From Oikopleura dioica (taxonomy: Eukaryota; Animalia; Chordata): DNA of 64,000 nucleotides. Made by a program: the position numbers and the translations under genes. Shown here one piece after another: positions 43,533-55,800 of the stretch (position 1 is its first letter; each line of letters opens with the position of its first letter). The stretch lies in the NCBI GenBank assembly GCA_907165135.1, contig OU015567.1:4464001-4528000 (forward strand). The letters run 5' to 3'. The notes under the pieces are model-generated. The model did not search any database, was not told the origin of the DNA, and worked only from the letters and a program-made list of their open reading frames with translations.

Positions 43533-43601
43533 GGGCGTCAACATCGATTTTCGGCTAAAAATCTAGTCGACTTAACTTAAACCTAACCGATGTTGACACC
43601 C
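43533..43601. mobile_element. Miniature TTAA-flanked TIR element (69 bp)
   Basis: TTAA|GGGCGTCAACATCG ... CGATGTTGACACCC|TTAA. Confidence 0.7.
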
Positions 43602-43628
43602 TTAATGAGGTTTCTAGTCTATCGTCGG

Positions 43629-43700
43629 AAACCTGTGCACAAACCTGAGTCAGGGTTTTCAAGACCCTGAGTCAGTTTTATACACAGGTTTTCGAGCCAA
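43629..43700. mobile_element. CCTGAGTCAGG-family MITE
   Basis: AAACCTGTGCACAAACCTGAGTCAGGG ... GACCCTGAGTCAGTTTTATACACAGGTTTTCGAGCCAA. Confidence 0.7.
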
Positions 43701-44395
43701 AATTTCTGTGGTTCAAACCCTAGCCTAGAAATTTTTTTGAAATTTGGCAAAAAACGGGAGAAAATGCTTTGAAATTCTTACTTTTCAAAAACTTCATCTC
43801 CAGTCCTCTCATCACAAGTCCATTGAATGCTTATCATTCTTCGTCTACTGTACTCAAAATCTTCTAGCTCAATGTTTTCCCAGTTACTGTCTCTCTTTTC
43901 CGTCTGCAAGTCCTCAAGTGCGAGAGGAGCTTTATCCTCCATTTGACTCCTCTCGCGCGCCCTCCACTGCCGATTCATCCTTTTTTAGCTTTTCTTTTTG
44001 ACCGCGAAAAAAGGAACTTTATTTTTAGGACTTTGTTTACGAAGCGTAAAAAGTAGTTTGGTTATTCTGAACGGAACGCGCCGTTTTTGATCAAGGCAAA
44101 TAAATAGCGATCGTTAACTACGGGAGGTCGTTTTTTTTTTCATGAGCATCAGCAGGTCTAATTAGCGCCGATAGAAAGCGATAGGGTCGATAGATTCAGC
44201 TTGCTTGTTTTTTTAATTTGTCTTGTAGGTCTTAGGTTTGGGACTGACAGATGCAAATGCACAATAATTATAGTCGTAGATTGCTGATAATACTTCCGAA
44301 GTTCGAGCGATAATTGTCAATTTTCTCATGAAAAAGAGGAGAAAACTGCATTTATCAGACCTTCGCTCGCAGCTGAGGAAAAAGCAGCCCAAGGA

Positions 44396-44568
44396 AAAAC
44401 CTGAGTGAGGGTCCTGAAAATTTTTCAGTGAAAAAACAAAATGAAAAGCCGCGTAGCGGCTTTTTTGAAAATGAAGCCGCAAAGCGGCTTTGCTTGAAAA
44501 TATATTTGATGAAAATTTTATTTTTTGCCCTCCTTTTCAGCTTATTTAGGACCCTGAGTCAGGTTTTT
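44396..44568. mobile_element. CCTGAGTCAGG-family MITE containing AAGCCGC palindromes
   Basis: AAAACCTGAGTGAGGGTCCTGAAA ... AAGCCGCGTAGCGGCTT..AAGCCGCAAAGCGGCTT ... TAGGACCCTGAGTCAGGTTTT. Confidence 0.75.
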
Positions 44569-45013
44569 TCCAAGCTCAGGCTCGTGGTAAATTTTCAATT
44601 TCCTTTTTTGTCTTGAATAAGATTATCAGGAAATGCGCCTCTTGAAAACGAGCCAAAAATAAAAGTTTTGATAAGGCAATTTTCAAAATTTCTGGATCAA
44701 CACTTATAAAAATACATCTTCACACAGTGCCACTTGCTAACTGCCATCAAAAACTGAAAATACCTTTTTTATCGCATTGCGGTAATCATTATTTACGTTA
44801 TTATGATTTCAAAAAAATATAGCCGCGATATTTTTTACTCAGTTTCATTTTTGAATTATTTCAATGAAAAATTACCTTTTCCAATTAGAGATTTTCCCAA
44901 TTAGAGCTCTTAAATCTCAAATCTCTCTTTTATCGAAAAAAGTATAAGATAAAAAAATGATTTGAGAGACAGATTCTGAGCAGATCTTTCAATTCCTCTC
45001 GTTTTCAAAAATC

Positions 45014-45092
45014 GAGTGGAGCGGCTCAATCTGTTCAGAATCTCCAGGGAGTCTCCGTTCGATCCCTCCCGGGGGTGATCTCACTCTCTTTT
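45014..45092 (+). ncRNA. Candidate small Pol III RNA (vault-RNA/tRNA-like layout)
   Basis: Terminal stem GAGTGG/TCACTC, A-box-like GGCTCAATCTG, B-box-like GTTCGATCC and a T4 run at 45089-45092. Isolated GC-rich island in AT-rich intergenic DNA. Confidence 0.3.
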
Positions 45093-45690
45093 ACAATCCG
45101 ACCCAACCTATTCATCCCTCTTTTGAAGTCATTATTCGATTTGCGCTTCTTCATGCAATTTTGGGTTTTATGGAAGTTTTTAAAAGCAGAAAATTTTCAT
45201 TGAAAATAAACAAAACTCCTGTATTGAAAAAAACAGTATTTTAAATTATGAAACGTGACTTCAAGATAATATTCTTCTAGCGCATGAATCTCCCTAAATT
45301 TCGATGATTTCATAGCAGATAATCAATGAATGCGCTAATAGTAGTGAAAAATCATCAGAGAATTTTCGATGATTCGGCTCTAGAAACATGAATCATTCTT
45401 TCAGAATTTGCAAACCACAAGATAGTTTTTGTCAAATCTTATAGATAATTTAATATAGATTAGCTAATGACCTGTCTAAAACATCCACAGCGCCACATTT
45501 AGGGCAGAAATATGCTTTTTATCATCAAGTTAAAATAAATGACTGATAATAGCATTATTATAATACAGTAAAAGAAAGTTTGAAAACTAACAACAGACCA
45601 ACTATCAGTAGGAGTCTTGTTACAGGATGACTTTATTTTCGTAAAAATTTCAAATCAAGGATTTTTACTTCCGGCCGCTCAAATTCATAA

Positions 45691-48337
45691 ATGATCAAAA
45701 AATGTTGCCTTTTTGCTATTATTAATTTCAAGCAGCTTCGGTCTAAGAGACATCATCAAGTCCGTCAACTCCTCAATAACCGATGACTTTCTCGATCAAA
45801 CCCTCAACTACGGATGCAACTGTTTCTTCGACGCGAAATGGCTGAAAATGGGCGAGGAGGGCTTTGGATTCCCAGTAGGAACTCGAGTTTTCAATCTTTA
45901 TTTCGCGGGCTGGAAATGACGATAATTGACTCTTGATTTTTCGTCGAAAAGCACCGTAAAATGGAATGATCAAAGAAACCGCACCTTAGACAGCATAATA
46001 AAAACTTGGACACTGCTGATCCAGCTTTCTTCTGAAAAAAAGACCACTCGGAAAAGTGTCTTTTCAGGAAATATAAAAATGATATCATGAAGATTGATCA
46101 TTGATTTGAAACTCGAAGAAAGACGCGTACGACAGTCATTGTTTCCGGCTCAAAAAGTGCTACCAGAAATTGATGAGTACGCACGGGCAAGTGGTTTCGA
46201 AACGCATTTGACTAGGGTTAGGGTTAGGCCGTTAGGGTGAGAAAACCATTGAGAGTGAATCATGTGATCCTCAATTCGCCTCGTATAAATTCACCAAAAC
46301 CGATTCCAATGAAACAATCTGCTCTTACCAAAATGGCGAATGTTCCAATGCCGTTTGCGAATGCGACCTTGCCTTTGCCTCTTATTTTTCCCTCTTTTCC
46401 TTGGGTTTCCGGGAACCCTATTCGAGCCATTCCTCTGCGGAGCAAGGTGCTTGCGGCTGGTACCCTGCTATCTACTGCAACGCGCATCAGCCGGCGAAAA
46501 TCCCAAGACCGCCTTGTTATCCCTTGGAAATCCCAGGATTTTCGATCAATTATCAACCTCTAATGATCAACGAAGCGGTCGGTTTTTGTGATTCTAGAGG
46601 CGACAAGCTTTTTCAAGTAAGCAAAGAAGAATGTCTGGTTGACAATAATTGTCAAGTAAATCGATCAAAATTTTGTATTTTATCAGCTGGGAAAAAGCTT
46701 CTGTGCGGGTTCTTTTTTATTGCTTATGGTTTCTTTTCTTTGCCACCATGCAAGGCAGCTGAGATAACTGGGCAGACGGAACAATAAAGCGTCTCGTTGA
46801 TTTAATATTATTTGATGATTATTTGAGTTTTTATTTGATGACCTCTTTCATCAAAAATAAGTTCAAACTTTTAGCTCAAATTCTTGGAGGAAAATTTGGT
46901 GGAGAATGTCAACATGTTTAGCCGAACACTTGGTGGCAATTCGAATTATAATTTGGAAAAGGTCTACTTTTGGCTTCCCTTTGAAAGGATTGTCGATGAA
47001 AATGGGGAGTTCTTCTATGTCTCCTTGGTGGAAAATGGGTTGAGGAGCACTGCGGATTTATCTGAAGTAGGGCTCTTTTTTCATCAAAAAGAAAATCTTT
47101 TTCTAGCACTACGGAACACTCATCAATGATTTCAAAAAGAAACGCGTCGCAAACAACGAAAATTGCCTGGTCCTTCGCGTCACTGCATCGTCAATCTCAA
47201 TCGCTCCTGCCAACTGTGCCTCGACTGTTCCGTTTACAGCTTGTTCGACAACAGATTGTCAAGTCAGAAATCAGGATGTCCTAGGCTCGGATCTACTGGA
47301 TTCGAAAAACTCTGAATCGAGTGCTTGCGAAGAAGGCTGGCTGGAAGATGGAAAGAATAACTGTTTGAAAGTTTTGGCATATGAAGATGGTATTTCGGAC
47401 GAATGTATGATACACTTGCAGAAGCTGCTGTAAGCCCTAACCGTTCATTTCAGGTGAATCTCAGGGAGCATCAATGGATGTCCTCTTCCAATTGAGCTAC
47501 TGGTTTCCTGATATTACAGTCACTCATATCTACAATCAGCCAAATGAAACATGCACTGTAAGTTGATTGAACAAAGCACATTTGAAAAATTCTTCTTTTC
47601 AGAACATCAAAAAATATGAAGACATCAACATGTGGGAAATTTCTTCTGATGCCTCTCTTTGTGGCGAAACTGTGAATTATGTTTGCGAGAAGCCATCTTT
47701 AGTAGTTGAGCAAGAAATCGTCCCTGACGCGTCTATACCAGGAATGATCACAGCGCAAATGACGGGAAATTACCACAAAGAAAATATTCTTTCCTGCGAA
47801 GAAAATTGGAGCCCGACTGGAACTGGCGAATGTCTCAGGAAATGATTTTAGAAAAAAAAAATGTTTTTTTGCGATATTCTGGTAAAAAAATCATCATAAG
47901 ATTTTTCACAGAGGGGAGAGATTTTGAATCTGCCATATCATTTTGCGGAAAACAAGGAGGAAAGCTTGCTGGCTATCCGGAATACATGAACAACCAGCTT
48001 TTGAAGAGTCTTGAGCAAATCGGAGCAGCATACATTGAGTTATTTTTCGGAGATTTTCTACCGAGAAAAATTTTTTTTCAGCATTGATTCTGACTCCTCT
48101 AGCCAAATGACATCAACAATTGGAAGGATCATTGATCAACAGCTTATTGAGGAGACTATTGCAAGGAATCTCTGTGGGGTACTTACTACAACCGAAAATT
48201 CGACGATCATTGCAGTTGATCTGGGAGTAAGCTGTGATGAAGAAAGACCATTTATTTGCGAAAAAGCTGTTTCTAGCGAAAAGCGAAATTATTTTTCGTT
48301 TTTCGTTCTTTTATTTTCCCTTTTTCTTTTCAAATAA
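45691..48337 (+). CDS. Secreted or GPI-type mosaic protein: PLA2-like domain plus several C-type lectin domains
   Basis: Signal MIKKCCLLLLISSSFG (needs a 1-nt T-run correction at 45710-45714). PLA2 fold LNYGCNC..GFPV/DAYDSHCFRLKKCY..CDPQF..NAVCECDLAFA. CTLD motifs EAVGFCDSRGDKL, CEEGWLEDGKNNCLK, CEENWSPTGTGECLR, FESAISFCGKQGGKLA and SCDEERPFICEK. Hydrophobic C-terminal tail. Confidence 0.65.
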
Positions 48338-48816
48338 ATGCCTTGAGTTCCATTATAAGGAATAAACTAAGAGCTTCTTGATCTGTTTTATTGACTGTAA
48401 TTTACAGAATCAGAAATGCTGAAATAAAACAAGATAAATCATTGATTGACCTTTCGGATTAAATTTTAACCGCTAAGGGGTTGAAAGCTCGCGCTCGTTC
48501 GAAATTAGTATATCGACCTGGCAATTGCTTGTCTCAATTAAAATTGAAACAATACCCGTTCGTACTCTCGTAGAACGAGAGTCTCGGGAAAGCTTTTAAT
48601 TTTGACCTCTGAGAATTCACAAAAAAGAGCGATCATCTTTTTCAAATCAATGCTCACACCCGACACCTTGCTTTGCTGGTGAAGAAAAAAAAATCAATCG
48701 ACAAGTAGTTAAAGTAGATTATCCGAAGAAAAAATAACAAACACAATTATTTTTTCCTCAGAAGAGAGAAATCAGATCTCCGAAAGAACAGAGCGCAAAA
48801 CACAAGATTTGAAAAC

Positions 48817-49466
48817 ATGATTACGGAAAGAAGAGGAAGATGGATATTTCTAGTGCTGATGATGATGCTGTTGACTTTGGCAGAGGTTTGAAAAAATGAA
48901 AGAGTATAAAAATTTCAGGTAAAAAGAGCCGAAAAAATGCGGCTTTTGCTTCTCGAAGCCACAAAAATGCGGCTTTTGTCTCTCGAAGCCGCAAAAATGT
49001 GGCTTATGTTTCTCGAAGCCGCAAGCGGCTTCGTTATCATATTGACAAATAATGGATGTGTAAAGTTTTGGCTCAAAAAATTATCGAATCGGTCGACTGA
49101 GCTTTTTTCAGCTCCTTTGTACCAACCTTTTATATCAGGCTCATGGTAGCGTACCGAAACTAACGACCGCCTGGAAAGTCGTTCTTTACTCGATATGAAT
49201 GGTCTGAGCTTGAGCTGAAGCTCATCAAAATGATGATTTATTAAACACCTTTCTTCTCTAATTCAGAAAAGTCAGACCCTCTCAAAGGCGGTCTCGTAGC
49301 ACTGGCAGCGACTGTCGGAATAATCATCGTCAGCTTGATTGTTTTCCAGGTTATATTTCTTGACAACTTCGAGTTCCATGAATAATTGAATGACTTTCAG
49401 AGCGTCACGAAAAGCAGCATCTTTTACATTCCTGACTCATTCGAACCTGTCCATTCCAAAATATAA
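48817..49466 (+). CDS. Small single-pass membrane protein (~89 aa, 4 exons)
   Basis: MITERRGRWIFLVLMMMLLTLAE | RTETNDRLESRSLLDMNE | KSDPLKGGLVALAATVGIIIVSLIVFQ | SVTKSSIFYIPDSFEPVHSKI*. All joins are GT-AG and phase-consistent. Confidence 0.6.
48937..49030. repeat. Short tandem array (~33-bp unit) of the AAGCCGC/GCGGCTT motif in an intron
   Basis: ATG(C/T)GGCTT(T/A)TG..TCTCGAAGCC(A/G)CAAAA repeated three times. Confidence 0.7.
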
Positions 49467-49669
49467 AGCGTCGATTGTTCAACTTAGAAAATGCTTCCAT
49501 GGGTATTACACTTCTAGAACGAAATGATGAGAACTGAAATACCGCACGAAACAATTTCTAAAGCTGAGTATTTTTTTCTGCTTCAAGACTGATGAAATCA
49601 ACAAGGAAAATACGAGGGAAACATTTACGGTCTTTATATAAAGAAGCTGAGCAGCTTTTTTCTCTCAAA

Positions 49670-49820
49670 CAAAGCGGCTTCGCCAGATTTTTTAAAATTC
49701 ATTGAAATGGTAATTTTGCGAAGCCGCTTTGCCGCATTGTTTGAAAAAAGCCGCTGCGCGGCTTTTCATTAATGATATCTTAGACCCTGACTCAGGCTTT
49801 CTAGACAGGTTTTCGAGCCA
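49670..49820. mobile_element. CCTGAGTCAGG-family MITE, partial, inverted relative to the 50292 copy
   Basis: AATTCATTGAAATGGTAATTTTGCGAAGCCGCTTTGC..AAAAGCCGCTGCGCGGCTTTTCA..AGACCCTGACTCAGGCTTTCTAGACAGGTTTTCGAGCCAA is the near reverse complement of 50292-50400. Confidence 0.7.
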
Positions 49821-50291
49821 AGAAATAGTGTAGAAATGGACGAGCATCGGTATTATTGAATTCAAGCCATATTTTGTTCGTCAATTCCTTGTTGATTTCA
49901 ACGATTTTATTCTCTCAATTTTCAAGTTGAAATATTCTCTACTCGAGGAGTAAGTGATGACAACTCCGGCGTTACTCGCCGGTTTTATGCGCAGTGACAA
50001 GCATCTGCAAATTTTCACAGAATTATAAATTTTTCTTGAGATTAGCGTTTTCGTCGCTCGGAGGCCGTTTTGTTTAAACACGGGCACACCGACGTGCAAT
50101 GTTTGAGAGCAAACAGAAACTCAAACAGGAATTTGAGAAGAGTTAGCGTTAAACATCGGCTGGAATTTGAACAAATGCCATCCTCCCAGCAAGTTTTTTG
50201 TCGAGGGCGGCTGGTGGTGGAGTCATGCAAATGGAATTGAAGCTTGAACGAGGGGCGAAATGAGCCCCTGAGCTCGGCAGAATGAAAAGAG

Positions 50292-50454
50292 AACCTGAGT
50301 CAGGGTCTGACTAATCTTTACTGAAAAGCCGCGCACCGGCTTTTGTTTTAACGAAGCCGCAAAGCGGCTTCGCAAAATTACCATTTCATTGAATTTTCGA
50401 ATACCGCAAAAGCCGCTTTTCCTTTAAGATTTGTCAGACCCTGAGTCAGGTTTT
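50292..50454. mobile_element. CCTGAGTCAGG-family MITE containing AAGCCGC palindromes
   Basis: AACCTGAGTCAGGGTCTGAC ... AAGCCGCGCACCGGCTT..AAGCCGCAAAGCGGCTT ... GTCAGACCCTGAGTCAGGTTTT. Confidence 0.78.
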
Positions 50455-50736
50455 CTTCACAAAAGGCCGAGCCGAGTGGCCCCCCTTCCTAGCTACTCAA
50501 GGACAGAAGTTGAAGCAGAAGGTCAAGTTTTTTGCCTCCATATTTCGTTCTCCCCCAACTCATCTGTCTTTTTTTTTCTTTTCCATGATTTTCTGCTTCC
50601 TTCATCAGAAAAAAAATTTCTTTGGGAAAGAGATCATTCATATCAAGAAAGGTGTTAATCAGGAAGAGACCCTGTGCGCTGACGCACACGACTCAACCTA
50701 AAAAAGCGTTTTTTTCCTTGCTTTCAAGAGAAAAAA

Positions 50737-52028
50737 ATGGCGTCGCAAGAAGAGCTCTACGGAAGCTTGGATCTGGACCGACACGTCCAAAACTTCAAAA
50801 ACTGCCTTCGAGTTCTTCTTTCCGACGAGCGATTGCTCCACGGTGGCAAATCCATCGAAACTGAAGTGATTGACAAATGCTCTGTCGCGTTGAACCAAAT
50901 GGTCGAACTGCACTACGACAAGCGACACTTGAAGGATGTGCTCAGAAGAGGGCGGGAAGAAATTGACTTTTTGAAGAACAAAGTTCGCGATTCCAACACT
51001 CTCGTCAATCACCTGACCAATGTACAGGGAGTTCATGAAGAGCGAATTGAAGATTTGACCACTCGACTGCGAAAGGTATATTCATGACTTTTTCCACAAA
51101 AGAATAGAGAACTAAAGAGAAGACAATAATTGTAATATCTTTAGATCATTTTTAAATTAACGAAAATAATAGAATGTGGAAATAATTTTTTAAAGTAATC
51201 ACTGTATAAATGAGTGACCACCGATTCATCTCTCAACAATTCATATAAGGAAAAACAATCAAATGTCGACAAAGAAGCCAAAATCGTCAACATGAACAAA
51301 AACATCGAAAACATCAAGGATCAGACCAAACGCGCTGAGACTTCCTACAAGGTTCCCCCTTCTTTCGCTTTCTTCATGCGCAACCTTTTCTAGGACAAAG
51401 TCAAGTGGATCGAAACCGACCAGATGCGAATCTACAAAGATGGCCGAGCCACGCTGGAGCGATTGGACAACGAGAAAATTGCGCTCAAGAACGAATTCGA
51501 AGATGCCAAGAACTCTACCGCCGGTCTCAAGGTCAGTAAGAAACTAGAAACACAAGCTTTATAATCATTTTAGGCTGCTTTGGAAAATGCGAGAACCAAG
51601 CTTTCGGATGCCATCGACGTAAGTCATTTATTGAACGTCTTTTAGAGAGTCTTTTTTCTTCTAGGAATCGGTCAGTATCAGTGATTTCGGATAAGTACAA
51701 TGATTTTTGCATGAGATAAGATATTTGCTAAGATTTTAATTTTAAAAGTTGCCGCTCTATTTTCTGCATGCTTGAGATTAAGGGAATGACGCCCTTAAAT
51801 ATTTCGAATCTATGAAAAAACATAACTTGCATGAATTATTGCTCTTGATACTTTTGCGCAAATGAGATTACGCTTAAAAAAGTTGAAAACCAGGACCTTA
51901 TGAAAAATTCTAGAACATCGATCCAGAAGCCTAAAGTCCCTTTCTTTCTTTCATTCTTTCAGGAGGAAACCCCGGCGCCCGATGTGGATGGAGCGCCACT
52001 TTCAAAATCAATCTTTACGCGTTCTTAG
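50737..52028 (+). CDS. Coiled-coil protein, unidentified (multi-exon)
   Basis: Exon 1 MASQEELYGSLDLDRH..LTTRLRK|gt. Further exons DKVKWIETDQMRIYKDGRATLERLDNEKIALKNEFEDAK, AALENARTKLSDAID and EETPAPDVDGAPLSKSIFTRS*. Confidence 0.6.
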
Positions 52029-52843
52029 TTTTTCCAAGCTTTTCTAATAAAATCAACTGCACAGAATCCTCCTCAAAGCCTTCAAGTAGGGAACCGTCAT
52101 GAGTATCCTACTGAAAAATAGTCGTGTTGAATTTCATGCAACTTTATTAATTTTTTAATTGAAATAAAACTAAAGCGAATGTATGGCAAAATTGATCATA
52201 AAGATTTTTCCTTATCGAAAAAGAAATAGGTCAGTAAGTTTTGAATTAAGGGTAAAGGCTGCGTTAAAATGAAGGTTGTCTGTTTCGTTATATTTACTTT
52301 ATATTTTTTGAACTGTCATTTTGAAGAATCAAAATTTATGAATACTTTGAATAAGCACAGTTTTTTTATATATTAACAAAGTGTAAGATAGAAGAATGAA
52401 GAGTTGAAAACTGTTACTGTTAATTGAAAGATTCTAGCGTAAATGTTAGTTTCAGTACGTTTTGAAATAGGTAAAATCGATTTTTTCGTAAACAAAAAGA
52501 AACTGCCGGAAATTGCACAGATAGTCGGTGGGTCGATAGATGAAGTACAGTGATACTATCTGTATCGGATAGTATGGATAGTAAGGGAGTCGAACTTTGA
52601 ATGTCTTTTAGGTGAAGAATGTGTTAGTAAAAGCACTTTCAGGTCAATTCCACATGTGGAAGCGTCGAATCTTATTGGTTAGTTTTTGAGCTTTCTTATT
52701 GGCTGGAAAAGATAGGACTATCTACAAAATAAATAAAAGGATGGATAGGAGTGATTGGTGTCTTCATTTTGTTTGAAAGAATGATCAAATCAGGTTTGGA
52801 GCGACTGTTGGAGCGAATTTTTATACTGTATGAATGAACGAAT

Positions 52844-55800
52844 TTATACAAGTTGCGTATGTTTGCGGATTTCGGAAGGAACGTCGATTTCGTTTAGTTT
52901 GACAGAACTTGGAACGTATGGGAACTCGGGCTGGGCCACGTAATTGAGGTCGCGCTGGATGACGCCGGGGTTTTTAGCGATTTTCGCCTGAAAAAAGGTT
53001 AAAAAAGAGAATAAAAAAGAGACAATCGTACCTTGATTATGGCTAGAAACTTTGATGGTACACGCTCTTCGTACTCGTGAACAGGAGTTATCAGCTGCAG
53101 AAGCTTGAGGACCTTGAAACAGGGAGATAAACGATCATCAGTTTTAAGGGGCGTACCTGTGCTCCAGTGAGACTTTCGCACATAGCCAAAAGGTTGTCAG
53201 CATCTTTTTCGTCCTGCTTTTTCACCTGCATCAGTTGAGAAGCCTAAACTCGCGCTATACCCTTAATAATTACGCCTTCGCCAACCTGGACAAGAGGGGA
53301 GAGCTCCTTGAGCATGTGCTTGTCCCTCATTTCCCTTCTTGAGAGATACTCTTCAATCTGCGAGACATTGTAGCGCAATTGCATCGCTTTTGTCCAGTTG
53401 CATAAATCTCTTCGAGCTGAATTGAGAGAATTGCTTAGCGAGCTCGTAAACCCTTAATTCCGCCTACCACATAATTGATTAAGAGCAATAGAGACAATAT
53501 AATAAATAAGCTGTCGACAAATCTGTTTGATGACAACATCGTCAGCACCAAAGGAGGCAATGAGGTCTAAGGAAGTACCCAGTTCGCGGATGAGGTCCTA
53601 AATGGAGGTTAGAGAATAGTTAAGACTAGAAGTTTGTTAATTTGCTAGTGAGATCATGCGTTGAATCAGTGATTTGAGTTGTCAAACGACCACAGCGAAG
53701 GAAATCATTTGTGAATTTCCTTCAGAAAATTAAGGGGGTAGGCTTCCTTAGCAAGATACTCAAGAACGCCTTTTCCAAGAACTAATGCTATTTATTGAAG
53801 CTTGAATTGGCAAAAGCTCTGCTTGAAAATCGTACTTAAGGATGTCTACCTCCTTAAACTTCATGCAAATATGAACACATCGATTCATGCCCATAATTAC
53901 TGAAATGGAGTAGCTCGGCCTGGGGAGCGGCGTATGCCCAGTTCGCTGATAATTTCGCTTTATAATCAATACAAGTTTAGTCAAGTTATTATCAATGAAA
54001 TCACACAAACAAGAATTGAACAAAATAACAACAAAAATAAAATTGAAAAAAACTTAACCTGGACGGCGAAGGGTGACAAATAATTGTACTAGAATTAGAA
54101 AATGGAAATTTTGGCTGAATGAGAAATTGGTTGATTTGAACCTGTTAGACATTTGTCAAGTATAATTACGTTTTTCTGCTGAACGGTTAGTATATCTTGA
54201 TTTTAACTTGACGAATAGGTACCTCGATGGACTTGCCAGAGTCACTCCCGTGGAGGGAATCGTGATCGAGCATGGCAGAGACGACAAGAGGTTTGAGCTT
54301 TTCTTGAAGAAGAGAAATCGTGTTTTTGTACAAGGTTGTTGCTGTTTCGGAGAAGAAACCGCGGAATTCTGAAGGATTTCATGATAAAATGCATGTAGAA
54401 TTTTTACTAGAATATGTCTTGATAGCTATCATAAAATCAGTGACTGTGATGTTAGATACACTATATATTCTCTACCTAAATCTATTGATACCTTGTTGAA
54501 CCCATAAAAATTTCAAATAGACAGCTAGAATCTACCGTAGATTTCAATATCTGATCCTCTAATTTACCGTTGATGTCGAAGTTTTTAAGGCAGTGTGAGT
54601 TTTGTTGTGCATCATTCATTAGAGACGAGTCAGCTTCACCAGAGTACTGATAGATCAAATGAGTAAAGCGTATGGCGACACACGTCCACTGGGCGATTCC
54701 TGGTAAGCTTCGGTTGTGTCGTTTTCCCATTCGTTTTAGGCCGTTGATGATCGCGATCAACAACTCTTTCAGCATCGCATCGTCGTTACTTGCATCAGTG
54801 TGTCGAAGCGCCATGAAGAGGAGAAAAGCTGCGCCGCATCGAGGAGAGCCGATTTTGTTGCCACTTTCGAGAATGGCATTGACAACGGAACCGAGATCGC
54901 GAGCTTGGAAGACGAGGATTCCGTCCGAGGCTTTCTTTGGTTGTCGGTCGATTTCCACTTTTGTTGATATTGCGCTTTTGGAGCCGCCCAAGCCGAACCA
55001 ACTTCTAGCGCTGGTTTGAGGAGCACTAAAGATATCATGAATCGAAGAGCTAGATAAAAAAGGAACAACACTGATTTAAACCAATCAGAAGCCAGAAAAT
55101 TAAGGGTATGGTACGCGCACAGGGTCAAGTCTCAGAATCGGTTTTTGACCAAATATTCTGAATCCCCATGAAATTCTGACCAAAAAACTCCATATAAGTA
55201 TTAACTCTATCTCAACCCATTTTTCCACAAATGCAATTGAAAGTGGCGAAAATTAGTGCATTTTGGCTAAAAGGCGGAAATTATAAAATTTTTACTATTT
55301 TTGGTCGTTATGATAGGGTGTCATATGATACCTTTTTGGAAAGCTCACGTTCAGGACATATATTTGCGATAAAAACGGCGCCTATTGGGCTATGCCCGCA
55401 AGGCAATTCACGGAGCCAAACGGACGAAAAATAGGTACCTTCGTACTTTAAAATTTTTTACATAAAAAATTTTAACCAATTGAAAAAAGCTCGTGTAATT
55501 TTTAAGATAAGGGTCTGAACTTTACTATGAAAAAGTATTGGAGGGGTTTACTATCGTAACTTCAGAGGAGTGTTTCTCTGAATATAGGCTTATTTCGCGT
55601 TTTTCGACCGAGACGACAACTTTGAGCCACCCGCACGTGATTTTTTTGTTAGAATTTAGAAAAAAGCTCGTGTAAATCAGAAGATCTAAGATCGAACTTC
55701 ATTTTAAGCTATTGTACACTCTCCCAGCATTGACAGGGCCAGAGAAGTGTTCCTCTGCTTTGGGCCTCCGCGCGTACCATAGCCTTAAGTGTTAGCCAAT

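Noticed and set aside
52950-54480. Fragmented ORFs first suspected to be a decayed retroelement
   Set aside because: They splice into the myosin V dilute (DIL) domain.
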